DNA from: an uncultured Methanosarcinales archaeon
Lineage (GTDB): Archaea; Nanobdellota; Nanobdellia; Woesearchaeales; JABIAG01
DNA length: 64,000 nt
Assembly (NCBI GenBank): GCA_964544335.1
Contig: CAZJAJ010000002.1
Location: 78,109 to 142,108 of the forward strand
Direction: 5' to 3'
Within the stretch, counting starts at the first letter, position 1. The number at the start of each line of letters is the position of its first letter. The position numbers were made by a program, and so were the translations under genes. This document shows, piece by piece, positions 30,602 to 39,763 of this stretch. A model generated the notes under the pieces. It did not search any database. It worked only from the letters and a program-made list of their open reading frames with translations, and had not been told where the DNA came from.

Positions 30602-31976
30602 TGTCGTAATTGGTCTAGAAATTCACATCCAACTAGACACAAAAACAAAACTCTTCTCATCTAGTCCTACGGCTAAAAAGAAAGACACTGCAAACAGTAA
30701 ATGTGATGTCATCAATTTAGGAATGCCTGGATCAAAACCACGACTCAACAAAGAAGCAATTCAAAAAGCACTCAAACTCTGTCTTGCAACTAACTGTGAA
30801 ATCGCAAACGAACTTATCTTTTCAAGAAAATCATACTTTTATCCAGATCTTTCAAAGAATTATCAAATCACACAATATGAACTACCACTTGGACAGAAAG
30901 GATTCATTACGTTAATGTCTGGAAAGAAAGTAAACCTTACCAGAATCCATCTTGAAGAAGATCCAGCATCACTCACGCACCCATCAGGCATGGATGCATC
31001 AAAATTTGTGCTTATCGACTATAACCGATCAGGAAATCCACTATGTGAACTCGTAACAGAACCAGAAATGTACTCCCCACAAGAAGCAAGAGACTTTCTC
31101 AAACAACTGATTGCAATTCTTTCCTATCTCAACATCTTTGACAATCAAAATGGCATTATCAAAGCAGATGCAAACGTTTCCATTAAAGAAAAAAATTACA
31201 CGCGTGTAGAAATCAAAAACATCACGGGCTTTAAAGAACTCGAACGTGCACTGATCTATGAAATAGAACGACAAAAAAACGAAGAAGTAGTAATGGAAAC
31301 ACGTGGGTGGGATGCAGATCAAGGCATCACTCGTTCACTTCGAAAAAAAGAATCCGAAGAAGAATACGGATACATCCTAGACCCAGACATTCCCGTAACC
31401 GACATCACCCAAGACATGAAGGACGCATGCGACATTCCAGAAATGCCCTATGAAAAAGCACTAAGACTTATTGAAGAATACAAACTCACAGAAGAAGATG
31501 CGCACATCATAGCACAAACAGAATCACTTGCACATCTCTTTGAAAAAGCAATTAAAACGGTATCTGCATCAACAGCAGTAACCTGGATGAGACACGAACT
31601 CAACCGAGTGCTCAACTACAACAAAATAGAACTTGACGACATCACACTTGATGAAGAACAAATGCTCGTGCTCATGCAAATGGTTGAAAACAAAGACCTC
31701 ACTGAAAACTCAGCAAAAAAAGTCCTCAACACACTCGTTGTAGAACCAATCAACGTCAAAGAGTACGTAGAACAAGAAGGACTCAAAGCAGTCTCAGATA
31801 CGGGAGCACTAGAGGCATACTGCAAAGAAGCAATAGAAGCAAACCCGCAAGTTGCAGAAGACTACAAATCAGGCAATGAAAAAGCACTCAACTTCCTTGT
31901 AGGACAAGTCATGAGAAAAACAAAAGGAGCAGCATCACCGCCAGAACTCCTTGAAATAATTAAAAAATTAATCTAA
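30585..31976 (+). CDS. gatB: Asp/Glu-tRNA amidotransferase subunit B
   Basis: IGLEIHIQL, RKSYFYPDL, HLEED, DYNRSG, VEIKN, GQVM. Confidence 0.97.
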   Translation: MNFTTDVVIGLEIHIQLDTKTKLFSSSPTAKKKDTANSKCDVINLGMPGSKPRLNKEAIQKALKLCLATNCEIANELIFSRKSYFYPDLSKNYQITQYELPLGQKGFITLMSGKKVNLTRIHLEEDPASLTHPSGMDASKFVLIDYNRSGNPLCELVTEPEMYSPQEARDFLKQLIAILSYLNIFDNQNGIIKADANVSIKEKNYTRVEIKNITGFKELERALIYEIERQKNEEVVMETRGWDADQGITRSLRKKESEEEYGYILDPDIPVTDITQDMKDACDIPEMPYEKALRLIEEYKLTEEDAHIIAQTESLAHLFEKAIKTVSASTAVTWMRHELNRVLNYNKIELDDITLDEEQMLVLMQMVENKDLTENSAKKVLNTLVVEPINVKEYVEQEGLKAVSDTGALEAYCKEAIEANPQVAEDYKSGNEKALNFLVGQVMRKTKGAASPPELLEIIKKLI

Positions 31977-33196
31977 TTTCCAAGATGCGTCTCAAACACC
32001 TTCTTGGTCATCTCAGCAACACGACCTTCAAACTCATACTTCTTCTCCCCCTCATGAGACTCTTCAGAAAGTGCTTGCATCAAATCAATCATCAATTTCT
32101 TTTCAGCATCTACGTTAATAGAAATACCTTTGTGCATACCTAAATGTTCCTGGACAATACTCTGCTCAATATTCTCAACACTATCTTCCTTCACATGCAC
32201 GGCCTCAAACGATTGTGTCTGGACTGAAGACGTATTTCTCATCACAAAGTACGCACCATGTTCATACAATAACTTAGAAATTTCCTTGAATGCAATATCA
32301 GAAACACGTCCCTGGCCAAGTAAACCTCTCAGACGTAGACAAACAATCTTCCCATCAACATCAGTGGCAAGCAATTCAGTCTTAATTTCTTGCTCAACTT
32401 CTTCAGCACTCTTTCCCTCGCAATCTTTCACATAGGAAAAGACCTGCTTAAGTACAATAGGAATAAATCGCACATTACCGTGATCATAAATATACATCCC
32501 GCCTCCACCAAGCTTCTCAAGTTCAGTAAATGAATTAGGAAACGTAGGCCCAGGATACACAATATGTTCATACCCATCAATGGTACTATCACTCACAATG
32601 TGCACATGTCCTCCAGCATAGTAATTAAAATTACGAGGAAGTAAAGACACAGGACTTGAATCCATATGAAGTAATTCCTTTGGTTTTAATTCTGTAAGCG
32701 CCGTATGAAACATAAAAATCTTAAAGCCTTCTTCATGCTCTAAATGTTCCCGGTGAATATTCTCATAATAGGTTCGCTCAAGCATTCCACGACGACCAAT
32801 CATTCCAGTAATCTTTGCACCTGTTTTTTGATCAACCGTAAATCGAAGTTTTAACTGTCCATCAACAATATCGCCTTTCACCACATCAATGCACAGCTGT
32901 GCCTCTTCGAGTACATGCAGCATTGCTTTTCCAGAAGGACTAAAATCATGAGAGCCCGCAATAATATAACACGCAATTCCTCGCTCTTTCAAACGTCGAA
33001 GTTGACGAACCGTTTCTTTTACTACATCAATACTAGGAAGTGCCGTATTAAACAAATCACCAGCAATACACACAAAATCAACATTCTCATTAAGACAGTG
33101 ATCTATTGCTTTTACAAAAGAAGACGTATTTACTCGTTGCAAACGCTCTTCTCTATATGATCCAAGATGACAATCGGCAATATGAGCAAATTTCAT
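31973..33196 (-). CDS. mre11: DNA double-strand break repair nuclease Mre11
   Basis: HIADCHLG, AGDLF, AGSHD, FH, GGHVH phosphoesterase motifs. Confidence 0.88.
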   Translation of the reverse strand: MKFAHIADCHLGSYREERLQRVNTSSFVKAIDHCLNENVDFVCIAGDLFNTALPSIDVVKETVRQLRRLKERGIACYIIAGSHDFSPSGKAMLHVLEEAQLCIDVVKGDIVDGQLKLRFTVDQKTGAKITGMIGRRGMLERTYYENIHREHLEHEEGFKIFMFHTALTELKPKELLHMDSSPVSLLPRNFNYYAGGHVHIVSDSTIDGYEHIVYPGPTFPNSFTELEKLGGGGMYIYDHGNVRFIPIVLKQVFSYVKDCEGKSAEEVEQEIKTELLATDVDGKIVCLRLRGLLGQGRVSDIAFKEISKLLYEHGAYFVMRNTSSVQTQSFEAVHVKEDSVENIEQSIVQEHLGMHKGISINVDAEKKLMIDLMQALSEESHEGEKKYEFEGRVAEMTKKVFETHLGN

Positions 33197-33252
33197 GCCC
33201 AAAAAAGAGTATACGCACTTATAATTGTTTAGCTACTGGAGTAGAATTCGAA

Positions 33253-33286
33253 AATATTCCGGAAATTCACTAGAACATGTTATAAA
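33253..33286 (+). promoter_or_regulatory. Palindrome (TTCCGGAA, 33257-33264) plus TATA-like box (GTTATAAA, 33279-33286) of atypical tRNA cassette 1
   Basis: The same elements at matching spacing occur in cassette 2 (54650-54679). Confidence 0.5.
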
Positions 33287-33290
33287 ATTC

Positions 33291-33338
33291 TAAAAAAAGA
33301 AAAGTCCAGGTTGATGGCCTGGTAAGGTTAACCAATCA
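33291..33338 (-). ncRNA. Predicted small antisense RNA complementary to the anticodon and variable arms of the tRNA at 33380-33544
   Basis: 33306-33337 repeats 33461-33492 (30/32 identical); minus-strand TTAATATA starts 30 nt upstream; TTTTCTTTTTTT tract follows. Confidence 0.55.
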
Positions 33339-33379
33339 TGACTAAGAAAATAATTGAAATATATTAATGTTTGGGTAGA

Positions 33380-33544
33380 GCCGTGGTGGCAGAATCTGGT
33401 ATGCGAGAAAATGCTTTACATTTTCGGCACGCAGAAAATTTTCAATTTTCCCGCGTTGCGCCAGGTTGATGCCCTGGTGAGGTTAACCAATCTCTTGTGG
33501 GTTCGAATTCAACCCGTAATTGAACGGAAATCCCGCCCACGGCG
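33380..33544 (+). tRNA. Atypical class II tRNA: Ser-type body with GAT anticodon, ~55-nt insertion after the D-arm and 23-nt T-loop intron
   Basis: GCCGTGG/CCACGGC-G acceptor; CCAGG-TTGATGC-CCTGG; GAGGTT-AACC-AATCTC V-arm; GTGGG-TTCGAA[33508-33530]T-CCCGC. Confidence 0.8.
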
Positions 33545-33564
33545 CCCAATATTTTTTAGAAAAA

Positions 33565-34599
33565 TCAAATCCTTAGCACATCTCTGTACTTTTCAAAAGC
33601 CTTGGTCATCTCTTCGATTTCCTTTTCAGCCTTATCATTTGTCATGTTCTTCGTCTTTTCAAAATAAATGCTCATCCAATTCAGCCAAGCAACCTTAAGA
33701 CCCATCACATTTTGTTTATTGAGTTGTTCATACACACGGAGTGCATAATCATTTGCATTCTCAAGCTCGTTTCGACTCAGCTCGCTCCATGCATCAACAT
33801 CAACAGAAACACGTTTTGGTTTTTTCTTCACGCTTCGACCAAGTTTTTTCACAGTAGGATCCACCTCGCGAATAACATGTGTCTTATAGTAGCGCATAAG
33901 TTGAATAATTGTTTTCATAACCTGATTAAATCGAGGCATGAGTTGTTCTTCGGGCCGTACATAATTCACAGAAGAACCATGTTCCTTAACACCAAGTCGT
34001 GTTTCAGCAACGCTCAGTTCTTCGCAAAGTGCAGTAATCGTAATAAACGCATCAATCCCATGATCATATGGAAAAAAGCTACTGGAAAGTAATTGATTAC
34101 ACGCTCGCATACTCAATCCATATTCACCTGCAAGTGGGTTTCTCACCTTTGATTGAAATAAACTTTTCAAAAGCGGATACACTACATGTGTGCTCAGAAC
34201 TGCATCATTTTTATCACGTTGATAGTGTGGAATAATCACATCATGCTTCTCTTTTAAAATTGGAGTTGCAAGTTTAACAATCACTTCAGGAGTAATGGAT
34301 GCAAAATCACCATCAACAAGCACAACACCTTTTGGTGAAAGCATGCGTGACTTTTCAAGCAAAGTTTTTACTGCACTTCCTTTTCCTTTTTTACCTTTTT
34401 CAGAAATTGATTTCTTCTCACACGTTGTTTTTGTTCCCAAAAAAGTATCTTTGGTAGCATCGGTTGAATATCCATCAACACATAAAATAAGTCCATTTAC
34501 TTTCAATGTAGCAAATGCCTTATCACAAGATTTTGTCACCTTAGCAATAGTCTTTTCGCAATTCTTTGCGCTAATTCCTACAATAATATCATATTCCAT
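33565..34599 (-). CDS. Glycosyltransferase family 2 (mannosyl/glucosyl-glycerate synthase-like)
   Basis: VDGYSTDAT, GKGSA, VDGD, RNPLAGEYGLS, GID. Confidence 0.75.
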   Translation of the reverse strand: MEYDIIVGISAKNCEKTIAKVTKSCDKAFATLKVNGLILCVDGYSTDATKDTFLGTKTTCEKKSISEKGKKGKGSAVKTLLEKSRMLSPKGVVLVDGDFASITPEVIVKLATPILKEKHDVIIPHYQRDKNDAVLSTHVVYPLLKSLFQSKVRNPLAGEYGLSMRACNQLLSSSFFPYDHGIDAFITITALCEELSVAETRLGVKEHGSSVNYVRPEEQLMPRFNQVMKTIIQLMRYYKTHVIREVDPTVKKLGRSVKKKPKRVSVDVDAWSELSRNELENANDYALRVYEQLNKQNVMGLKVAWLNWMSIYFEKTKNMTNDKAEKEIEEMTKAFEKYRDVLRI

Positions 34600-34697
34600 T
34601 TGTTGTAATCACGTCCATATTCACTAAAATATGGCCCCACACGTATATTTTACAAATGATGGTGGCTTTAAAAAGATAACCCCTATTCAAGAAAGCA

Positions 34698-36212
34698 CTA
34701 AGAAATCGAAATCCCACTAAAACTCACGTGTTCTTTTTCCTTCTCCTCTATTTTCCTAAACTCATCAAACAAAGGAATCTTCACCGGAACTGCAAATGCA
34801 CTAAAGTTAGATGTAATAATTGCCTCGCCCTTATCTAGCGCAGCAATATTTCTTCCATCCTCAGATAAATCCTGCGCAGCACTCTCAATGATTGCCTGAC
34901 GCTCGGGTGCCATTTCAATACCAAGAATAATTTTAGTATTCATATTAGCAAGTACCTGCCGAGGAATAAGTGAAGGCAACTGCGTAATAGCAACAAGTCC
35001 CACCTGAAACTTTCTTCCCTCGCGTGCAATAGTAGAAAAAATATTTGATCCTTTCTCGAGCACCTCTTTTCCAAGAACTCGAGGAGCTTCTTCAAGAATA
35101 ATACTGATCACAGGTTTATCGCGAAGCGATCCATTCACCTTACATGACTTATAGTGACTAAACACTTCATGTGCAATAAGAGAGCCAACGAGAATTTCAA
35201 TCTTACCCGAACAGGAACTCGTATTGACAATAACCGTCTTTGCTTGCTCAAGTTCATGCAAAATATCTTTAATCGTAGTCTGTCCTGACTGCGCATCAAA
35301 CAACCCACTACAATGCAGCTCGTTATTTACCAATCGAATACCAAGCAATGCACCAAATCGTCGTTTAACTACAAGCAACGTTGCCTCAGCAACCCCTCGA
35401 AGTTCATCAGCAGCTGCGCGAATCGTTTTCTCAATCCATGACGTCCCCCACTTCTTATATGCGAGCATCAAACATTCATACTGCGCAGAACTCCACTGCA
35501 CAACACCATTAAAATGCTCAGGTCTAAGTAAAGACAAATGAATCTTTAGCGATCGTCCACCAACAACACCTTGTGTTGGAGAGTAATACACCACCTTATC
35601 GCGAGCAGGATGTGATGATAACTTATCATAATACTCATCATGTGGATCAAGCACAAGAACACCTGCAAAGTCTTTCGACGTAAGATCCCAGAGCATCACT
35701 GAGGTCAAATTACTTTTACCCTTTCCCGTAGTTGCAGGAATAAGTACGTGATGACTGAGTACCTCTTTACCATTCAAAAACAGTGGGACATCAAGCAACC
35801 GACTCCCTGATCGCAAATTTCCAATAAACAATGGATTCTTAGGTTCTGTAAGAAATTTTAAATCATCTTCTGTAACTTCTCGAACATGTGAAAAAAATCC
35901 AGGAAGTACTTTTGATGCACGTCCCTTCCCACCATCAATACGAAGCACACTTTTAAGTGTTGCAAGTGTATACAATCGAAGCTTTGGATCCATAAAAGAA
36001 AATGATCCCTCATCCTCAAGCTCCATGCCAGAAATGAGTTCTAAATTAATTGAAGAAATCTGACTCCCAAACGACACATCAGTAACCTGTAGCAAAGACT
36101 TACTCTCCTGCTGTTCTGCAATGAGTAATTCACCGATCTCAAAATGAGCACCTGACTTTTGCCGCGCAACAAGATTGCCAAAATTGCCCCCAATAATCTG
36201 TCCCTTAGTCAC
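34698..36212 (-). CDS. herA: HerA-family DNA translocase ATPase
   Basis: [38 protein letters not shown]; near mre11. Confidence 0.85.
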   Translation of the reverse strand: MTKGQIIGGNFGNLVARQKSGAHFEIGELLIAEQQESKSLLQVTDVSFGSQISSINLELISGMELEDEGSFSFMDPKLRLYTLATLKSVLRIDGGKGRASKVLPGFFSHVREVTEDDLKFLTEPKNPLFIGNLRSGSRLLDVPLFLNGKEVLSHHVLIPATTGKGKSNLTSVMLWDLTSKDFAGVLVLDPHDEYYDKLSSHPARDKVVYYSPTQGVVGGRSLKIHLSLLRPEHFNGVVQWSSAQYECLMLAYKKWGTSWIEKTIRAAADELRGVAEATLLVVKRRFGALLGIRLVNNELHCSGLFDAQSGQTTIKDILHELEQAKTVIVNTSSCSGKIEILVGSLIAHEVFSHYKSCKVNGSLRDKPVISIILEEAPRVLGKEVLEKGSNIFSTIAREGRKFQVGLVAITQLPSLIPRQVLANMNTKIILGIEMAPERQAIIESAAQDLSEDGRNIAALDKGEAIITSNFSAFAVPVKIPLFDEFRKIEEKEKEHVSFSGISIS

Positions 36213-36256
36213 ACAGCATCAAGAAAGCAGTGCATTAAAAATATATCTGTAAAGAA

Positions 36257-36610
36257 TTACTGGTATTCTGAAAGAACGTTCATTAATTCAGTCAATCTAT
36301 ACGGCTTTTGGATAAATTGTTCTCTTGGTAATTCTCCATCCATCCACTGAGCAACAGTTTCATATGGTTTCCCACTCATAAGAAAATAATTGATGCCTCT
36401 TTCATGAAGATTTCTTGCAAGTTCAATTCCATTCATATTTGGCATTTCCACATCACTGAGCACTAAATCAGGATTCCCGTGTGTATCAATATGTGCAAGT
36501 GCTTCAACACCATTGGTTGCTGTAAAAGTCGTATGTCCCAATAGAATAACTAACTCTTTTGTTGCATCTAACAAGTCTTTCGTATCATCAACAACAAGTA
36601 TATTTGCCAT
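36257..36610 (-). CDS. Single-domain response regulator (CheY-like receiver)
   Basis: ILVVDD, DLVLSDVEMPNMNG, MSG, QKP; TTTATAAA 29 nt upstream of MANIL. Confidence 0.9.
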   Translation of the reverse strand: MANILVVDDTKDLLDATKELVILLGHTTFTATNGVEALAHIDTHGNPDLVLSDVEMPNMNGIELARNLHERGINYFLMSGKPYETVAQWMDGELPREQFIQKPYRLTELMNVLSEYQ

Positions 36611-36701
36611 GAGCTTGGGACTTCTCTGATCTTTATAAAGACTCCTTCTCCACAAGAAATCACCACAACGCTTATAAAACGCCCCTTCCCCTCTTATATC
36701 C

Positions 36702-37796
36702 ATGGCAATAAACAGTACCGAGAGGCATAAGCTAAAGAAATTTATCAAAGAACTAGCTCCGCATAGAGGTCGCCATACAGAACTCGTAACCGTATACGTA
36801 CCAGCAGGCTACGATCTAAACAAAATTACCACGCATCTTGCACAAGAGCAAGGAACAGCAACCAACATCAAATCTACAGCTACTCGAAAAAACGTAATTG
36901 ACGCATTAGAAAAGATGTTGCAACACCTCAAACTCTTCAAACAAACGCCACCAAATGGCCTTGCACTCTTCTCGGGAAACGTTTCAGAACGAGAAGGACA
37001 ATCAGACGTACAAGTATGGAGCTACGAGCCACCAATTCCACTTAATATTCGAATCTATAGGTGTGATAAAGCATTCGTACTAGAACCACTCGAAGAAATG
37101 CTTGACACAGAAGACATCTTTGGTATGATTGTCATGGATCGAAGAGATGCAACCATTGCAATGCTTAAAGGAAAATCCATTATTCCACTTCTCAAAACAC
37201 ATTCAGAAGTTCCAGGCAAGTTTAAAGCAGGTGGGCAGTCCGCTCAACGTTTTGCACGTCTACGTGAAGGCGCTGCAAAAGATCACTACAAGAAAGTGGC
37301 TGAATACGTAAAAGAGCAGTTCTTATTCATGGAAAACCTCAAAGGAATTCTCGTAGGTGGACCAGGTCCAACAAAATACGAATTCGTAGAAGGTAACTAC
37401 ATTACCAATGAAGTAAAACAAAAAATAATTGCAATCAAAGATCTCTCTTATACCGACGACTTTGGTCTACAAGAACTTCTTGAAAAATGTGAAGACGTCC
37501 TTGCAGCAGAAGAAGTAGCAGATGAAAAGAAGATCATGACTAAATTCTTTCAAATGCTTGCAACCGATGATCAAAAAACCGGCTATGGAAAAGCTGATGT
37601 TGAACACAAACTTGCCATGGGCGCAGTAGAAACACTACTCATCTCAGAAAGTCTTGATGATGATCTCATTGAAGAATTTGAAGAAAAAGCAAAAGAAATG
37701 GGAACAGAAGTAAAAATAATCTCAACTGACACTCGTGAAGGCGCACAACTCAAAGACATGGGCGGCGTTGTAGCAATTCTAAGATACGCGGTGTAA
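36702..37796 (+). CDS. prf1: Peptide chain release factor aRF1
   Basis: NIKS, YRCD and GGQS motifs. Confidence 0.97.
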   Translation: MAINSTERHKLKKFIKELAPHRGRHTELVTVYVPAGYDLNKITTHLAQEQGTATNIKSTATRKNVIDALEKMLQHLKLFKQTPPNGLALFSGNVSEREGQSDVQVWSYEPPIPLNIRIYRCDKAFVLEPLEEMLDTEDIFGMIVMDRRDATIAMLKGKSIIPLLKTHSEVPGKFKAGGQSAQRFARLREGAAKDHYKKVAEYVKEQFLFMENLKGILVGGPGPTKYEFVEGNYITNEVKQKIIAIKDLSYTDDFGLQELLEKCEDVLAAEEVADEKKIMTKFFQMLATDDQKTGYGKADVEHKLAMGAVETLLISESLDDDLIEEFEEKAKEMGTEVKIISTDTREGAQLKDMGGVVAILRYAV

Positions 37797-37803
37797 ACAC
37801 GAA

Positions 37804-38430
37804 TCAATTCTGACCAAAAATAGTTGGATACTCATCACGAACAGAAGTATTTTTCTTATTATCACTTGAATTCTTCTTCTCCTCAAAAGCAATTCTATTG
37901 CTTGAAGAACTACTCTTTTTCTTCTTCTTATCACCAGGACTCTCACCAGTAATATACCCAATAAGCAGCAAGAACACCACAATAAGTAAAATAACGGGAT
38001 TAAAAATAAGATCGATAATAAATCCATAATGTGCTAAATTCACCAGTCCCATGATGTACAAAAATGCAATAATGACACCAATCATCCCAAGTACACCAAA
38101 TATATTCTTGTAATCATAAAACTCTTGAAAATTAAATGCAGCAATCACATAAAACAAGCACATCAAAAATACCATAAGCATACCAAGGAATTGCAAATAC
38201 GTAGTAAGTTGCTCAACACGTGATGCTGATGCAATAAAGAAAAATGCAATACAAAATGACACCATGGCGTTAATATTGTGCCTTGCCTTTCCATTCTTTT
38301 CAACACCAAGAACCTTGGTTTTCTCAAGCATAGCATACACCACAGTGAATACCACAATAAATGGAAGAACAATGTTAAACAGACCCAGTCCCTCAAGGTT
38401 ATTAAGAGACTCTCTAAACACAGATGCCAT
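37804..38430 (-). CDS. Conserved archaeal membrane protein
   Basis: LPFIVVFTVVYAMLEKTKVLG and multiple TM helices. Confidence 0.7.
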   Translation of the reverse strand: MASVFRESLNNLEGLGLFNIVLPFIVVFTVVYAMLEKTKVLGVEKNGKARHNINAMVSFCIAFFFIASASRVEQLTTYLQFLGMLMVFLMCLFYVIAAFNFQEFYDYKNIFGVLGMIGVIIAFLYIMGLVNLAHYGFIIDLIFNPVILLIVVFLLLIGYITGESPGDKKKKKSSSSSNRIAFEEKKNSSDNKKNTSVRDEYPTIFGQN

Positions 38431-38695
38431 CCATTTCCTCTGTATCGAAGGTATTTAAATATTCGTTTTTAAATAATTCAAATAAGTACTACTCAATAGT
38501 AGTACAAAAAGCAAAGGTTTATATATGAGTTATGCATACCTAAAACTGGAGATAAGGCATCATGCCGATGCCCGGACGTAATCCCCCCACACGCTCGATT
38601 TCTTCCGGGATTCTCCAACCTTATATTCGTATTTTACATACGTACACCTCCGTGCGTGCACAAGCACGCACACCCTTCCTATATGGATAAAAACC

Positions 38696-39727
38696 ATGAA
38701 ATTCACTCCCACTCTAAAAACCCTGGCACTGTCAGGAATTCTTGCATGTTCTACGCTGAGTTGCAGTAAAAATACAGAGATCACACCCGAAAATGAAGCA
38801 ATAGCAGAAGAATTCATGAGAAGTGAAATCAAAAAAGACACAGACACCTATCTTACAGAATTAGTCAAAGAAAAAATAGAAAAAGAACAATACGTAGAAC
38901 CTAACTTTGATCCAGTACATGAATGGGGCATAGGGGAAGCAAAACGTCATGATAAGACACTCCTACATACTATGAACAAAGTAAACCGATTATGTAGTAA
39001 CTTACCTGGCTATGAACCATTTACCGAACCAGGACTTTTAAGAGCGTGGCTTGTAACGGAGAGCTGGAATGGACTTGAAGAAGTAGTGGCATATCAAGTA
39101 AAAGAAAATGAATACCCTGTTCCTAAAGTTCCACCACCACAAGCATGGCTCAATGACCCAGCACAAATAGCAAACAATGGTGACTTTGCACTCTCAGGAC
39201 TGCAAGTAGGTGGCACAGAAGATGCACAAGGTCTACTCAAATTCTTACCAAAAGATGCATTCGAAGAATTTCAAGGATTAAAGCACACTCCAAGAGGAGA
39301 TGGTAAATGGGACTACACCAACACGACCATAACACCACAGCAATCAATCTACGGAGCACTCCTCTGGCTTGCAGATAAAAAACATGATGAAAACATAGAA
39401 ATCATTCCTCAAGGAAACGAAACCATTATCGCACAACAAGGATTCAACTATTTCAACGAACTCAAAGCACGAGGGCTCATCAATACACATGTTGACAATC
39501 CTTCAGAATATGTTGCAGACATCTTTGCACAATACAATCCAAACATAACAAATCCACAATCAATTCAAATCGGTCAAGAAGTACACCTTCCAGAAAGTGG
39601 AAAATTAACCGTAACCTTAACATCAAAAGGCGATGCAGAAGCACTCCTCAGATACAATGGTGGTGGAGATATTGAGTATCTTGACAAAATAGCATCTAAA
39701 AAACACATACCAACTCTTGATTTCTAA
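38696..39727 (+). CDS. Lipoprotein with putative lytic transglycosylase (SLT-like) motifs and a LysM-like insert
   Basis: Signal peptide with Cys (LAC/LSC); AWLVTES, PAQI, PQQSIYGALLWL, ALLRYNGG; YNPNITNPQSIQIGQEVHLP. Confidence 0.6.
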   Translation: MKFTPTLKTLALSGILACSTLSCSKNTEITPENEAIAEEFMRSEIKKDTDTYLTELVKEKIEKEQYVEPNFDPVHEWGIGEAKRHDKTLLHTMNKVNRLCSNLPGYEPFTEPGLLRAWLVTESWNGLEEVVAYQVKENEYPVPKVPPPQAWLNDPAQIANNGDFALSGLQVGGTEDAQGLLKFLPKDAFEEFQGLKHTPRGDGKWDYTNTTITPQQSIYGALLWLADKKHDENIEIIPQGNETIIAQQGFNYFNELKARGLINTHVDNPSEYVADIFAQYNPNITNPQSIQIGQEVHLPESGKLTVTLTSKGDAEALLRYNGGGDIEYLDKIASKKHIPTLDF

Positions 39728-39763
39728 GTAATATTTATAATACCTGCATCCTAGCAACCCTGT

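Noticed and set aside
33306..33337. Upstream tRNA fragments as prophage/integrative-element att sites
   Set aside because: They lie 5' of the tRNA, within ~160 nt, with no integrase or cargo between. The same geometry and the same mismatch occur at two loci. Not fully excluded as an origin.
33461..33477. Reading the anticodon as TGA (ordinary tRNA-Ser) or as tRNA-Sec
   Set aside because: The perfect 5-bp stem with a 7-nt loop centres GAT. TGA needs an off-centre 9-nt loop, there is no TCA, and the fold is 7/5.
33354..33698. 114-aa ORF in the track
   Set aside because: It overlaps the atypical tRNA and runs antisense to the glycosyltransferase; it has no protein-like features.
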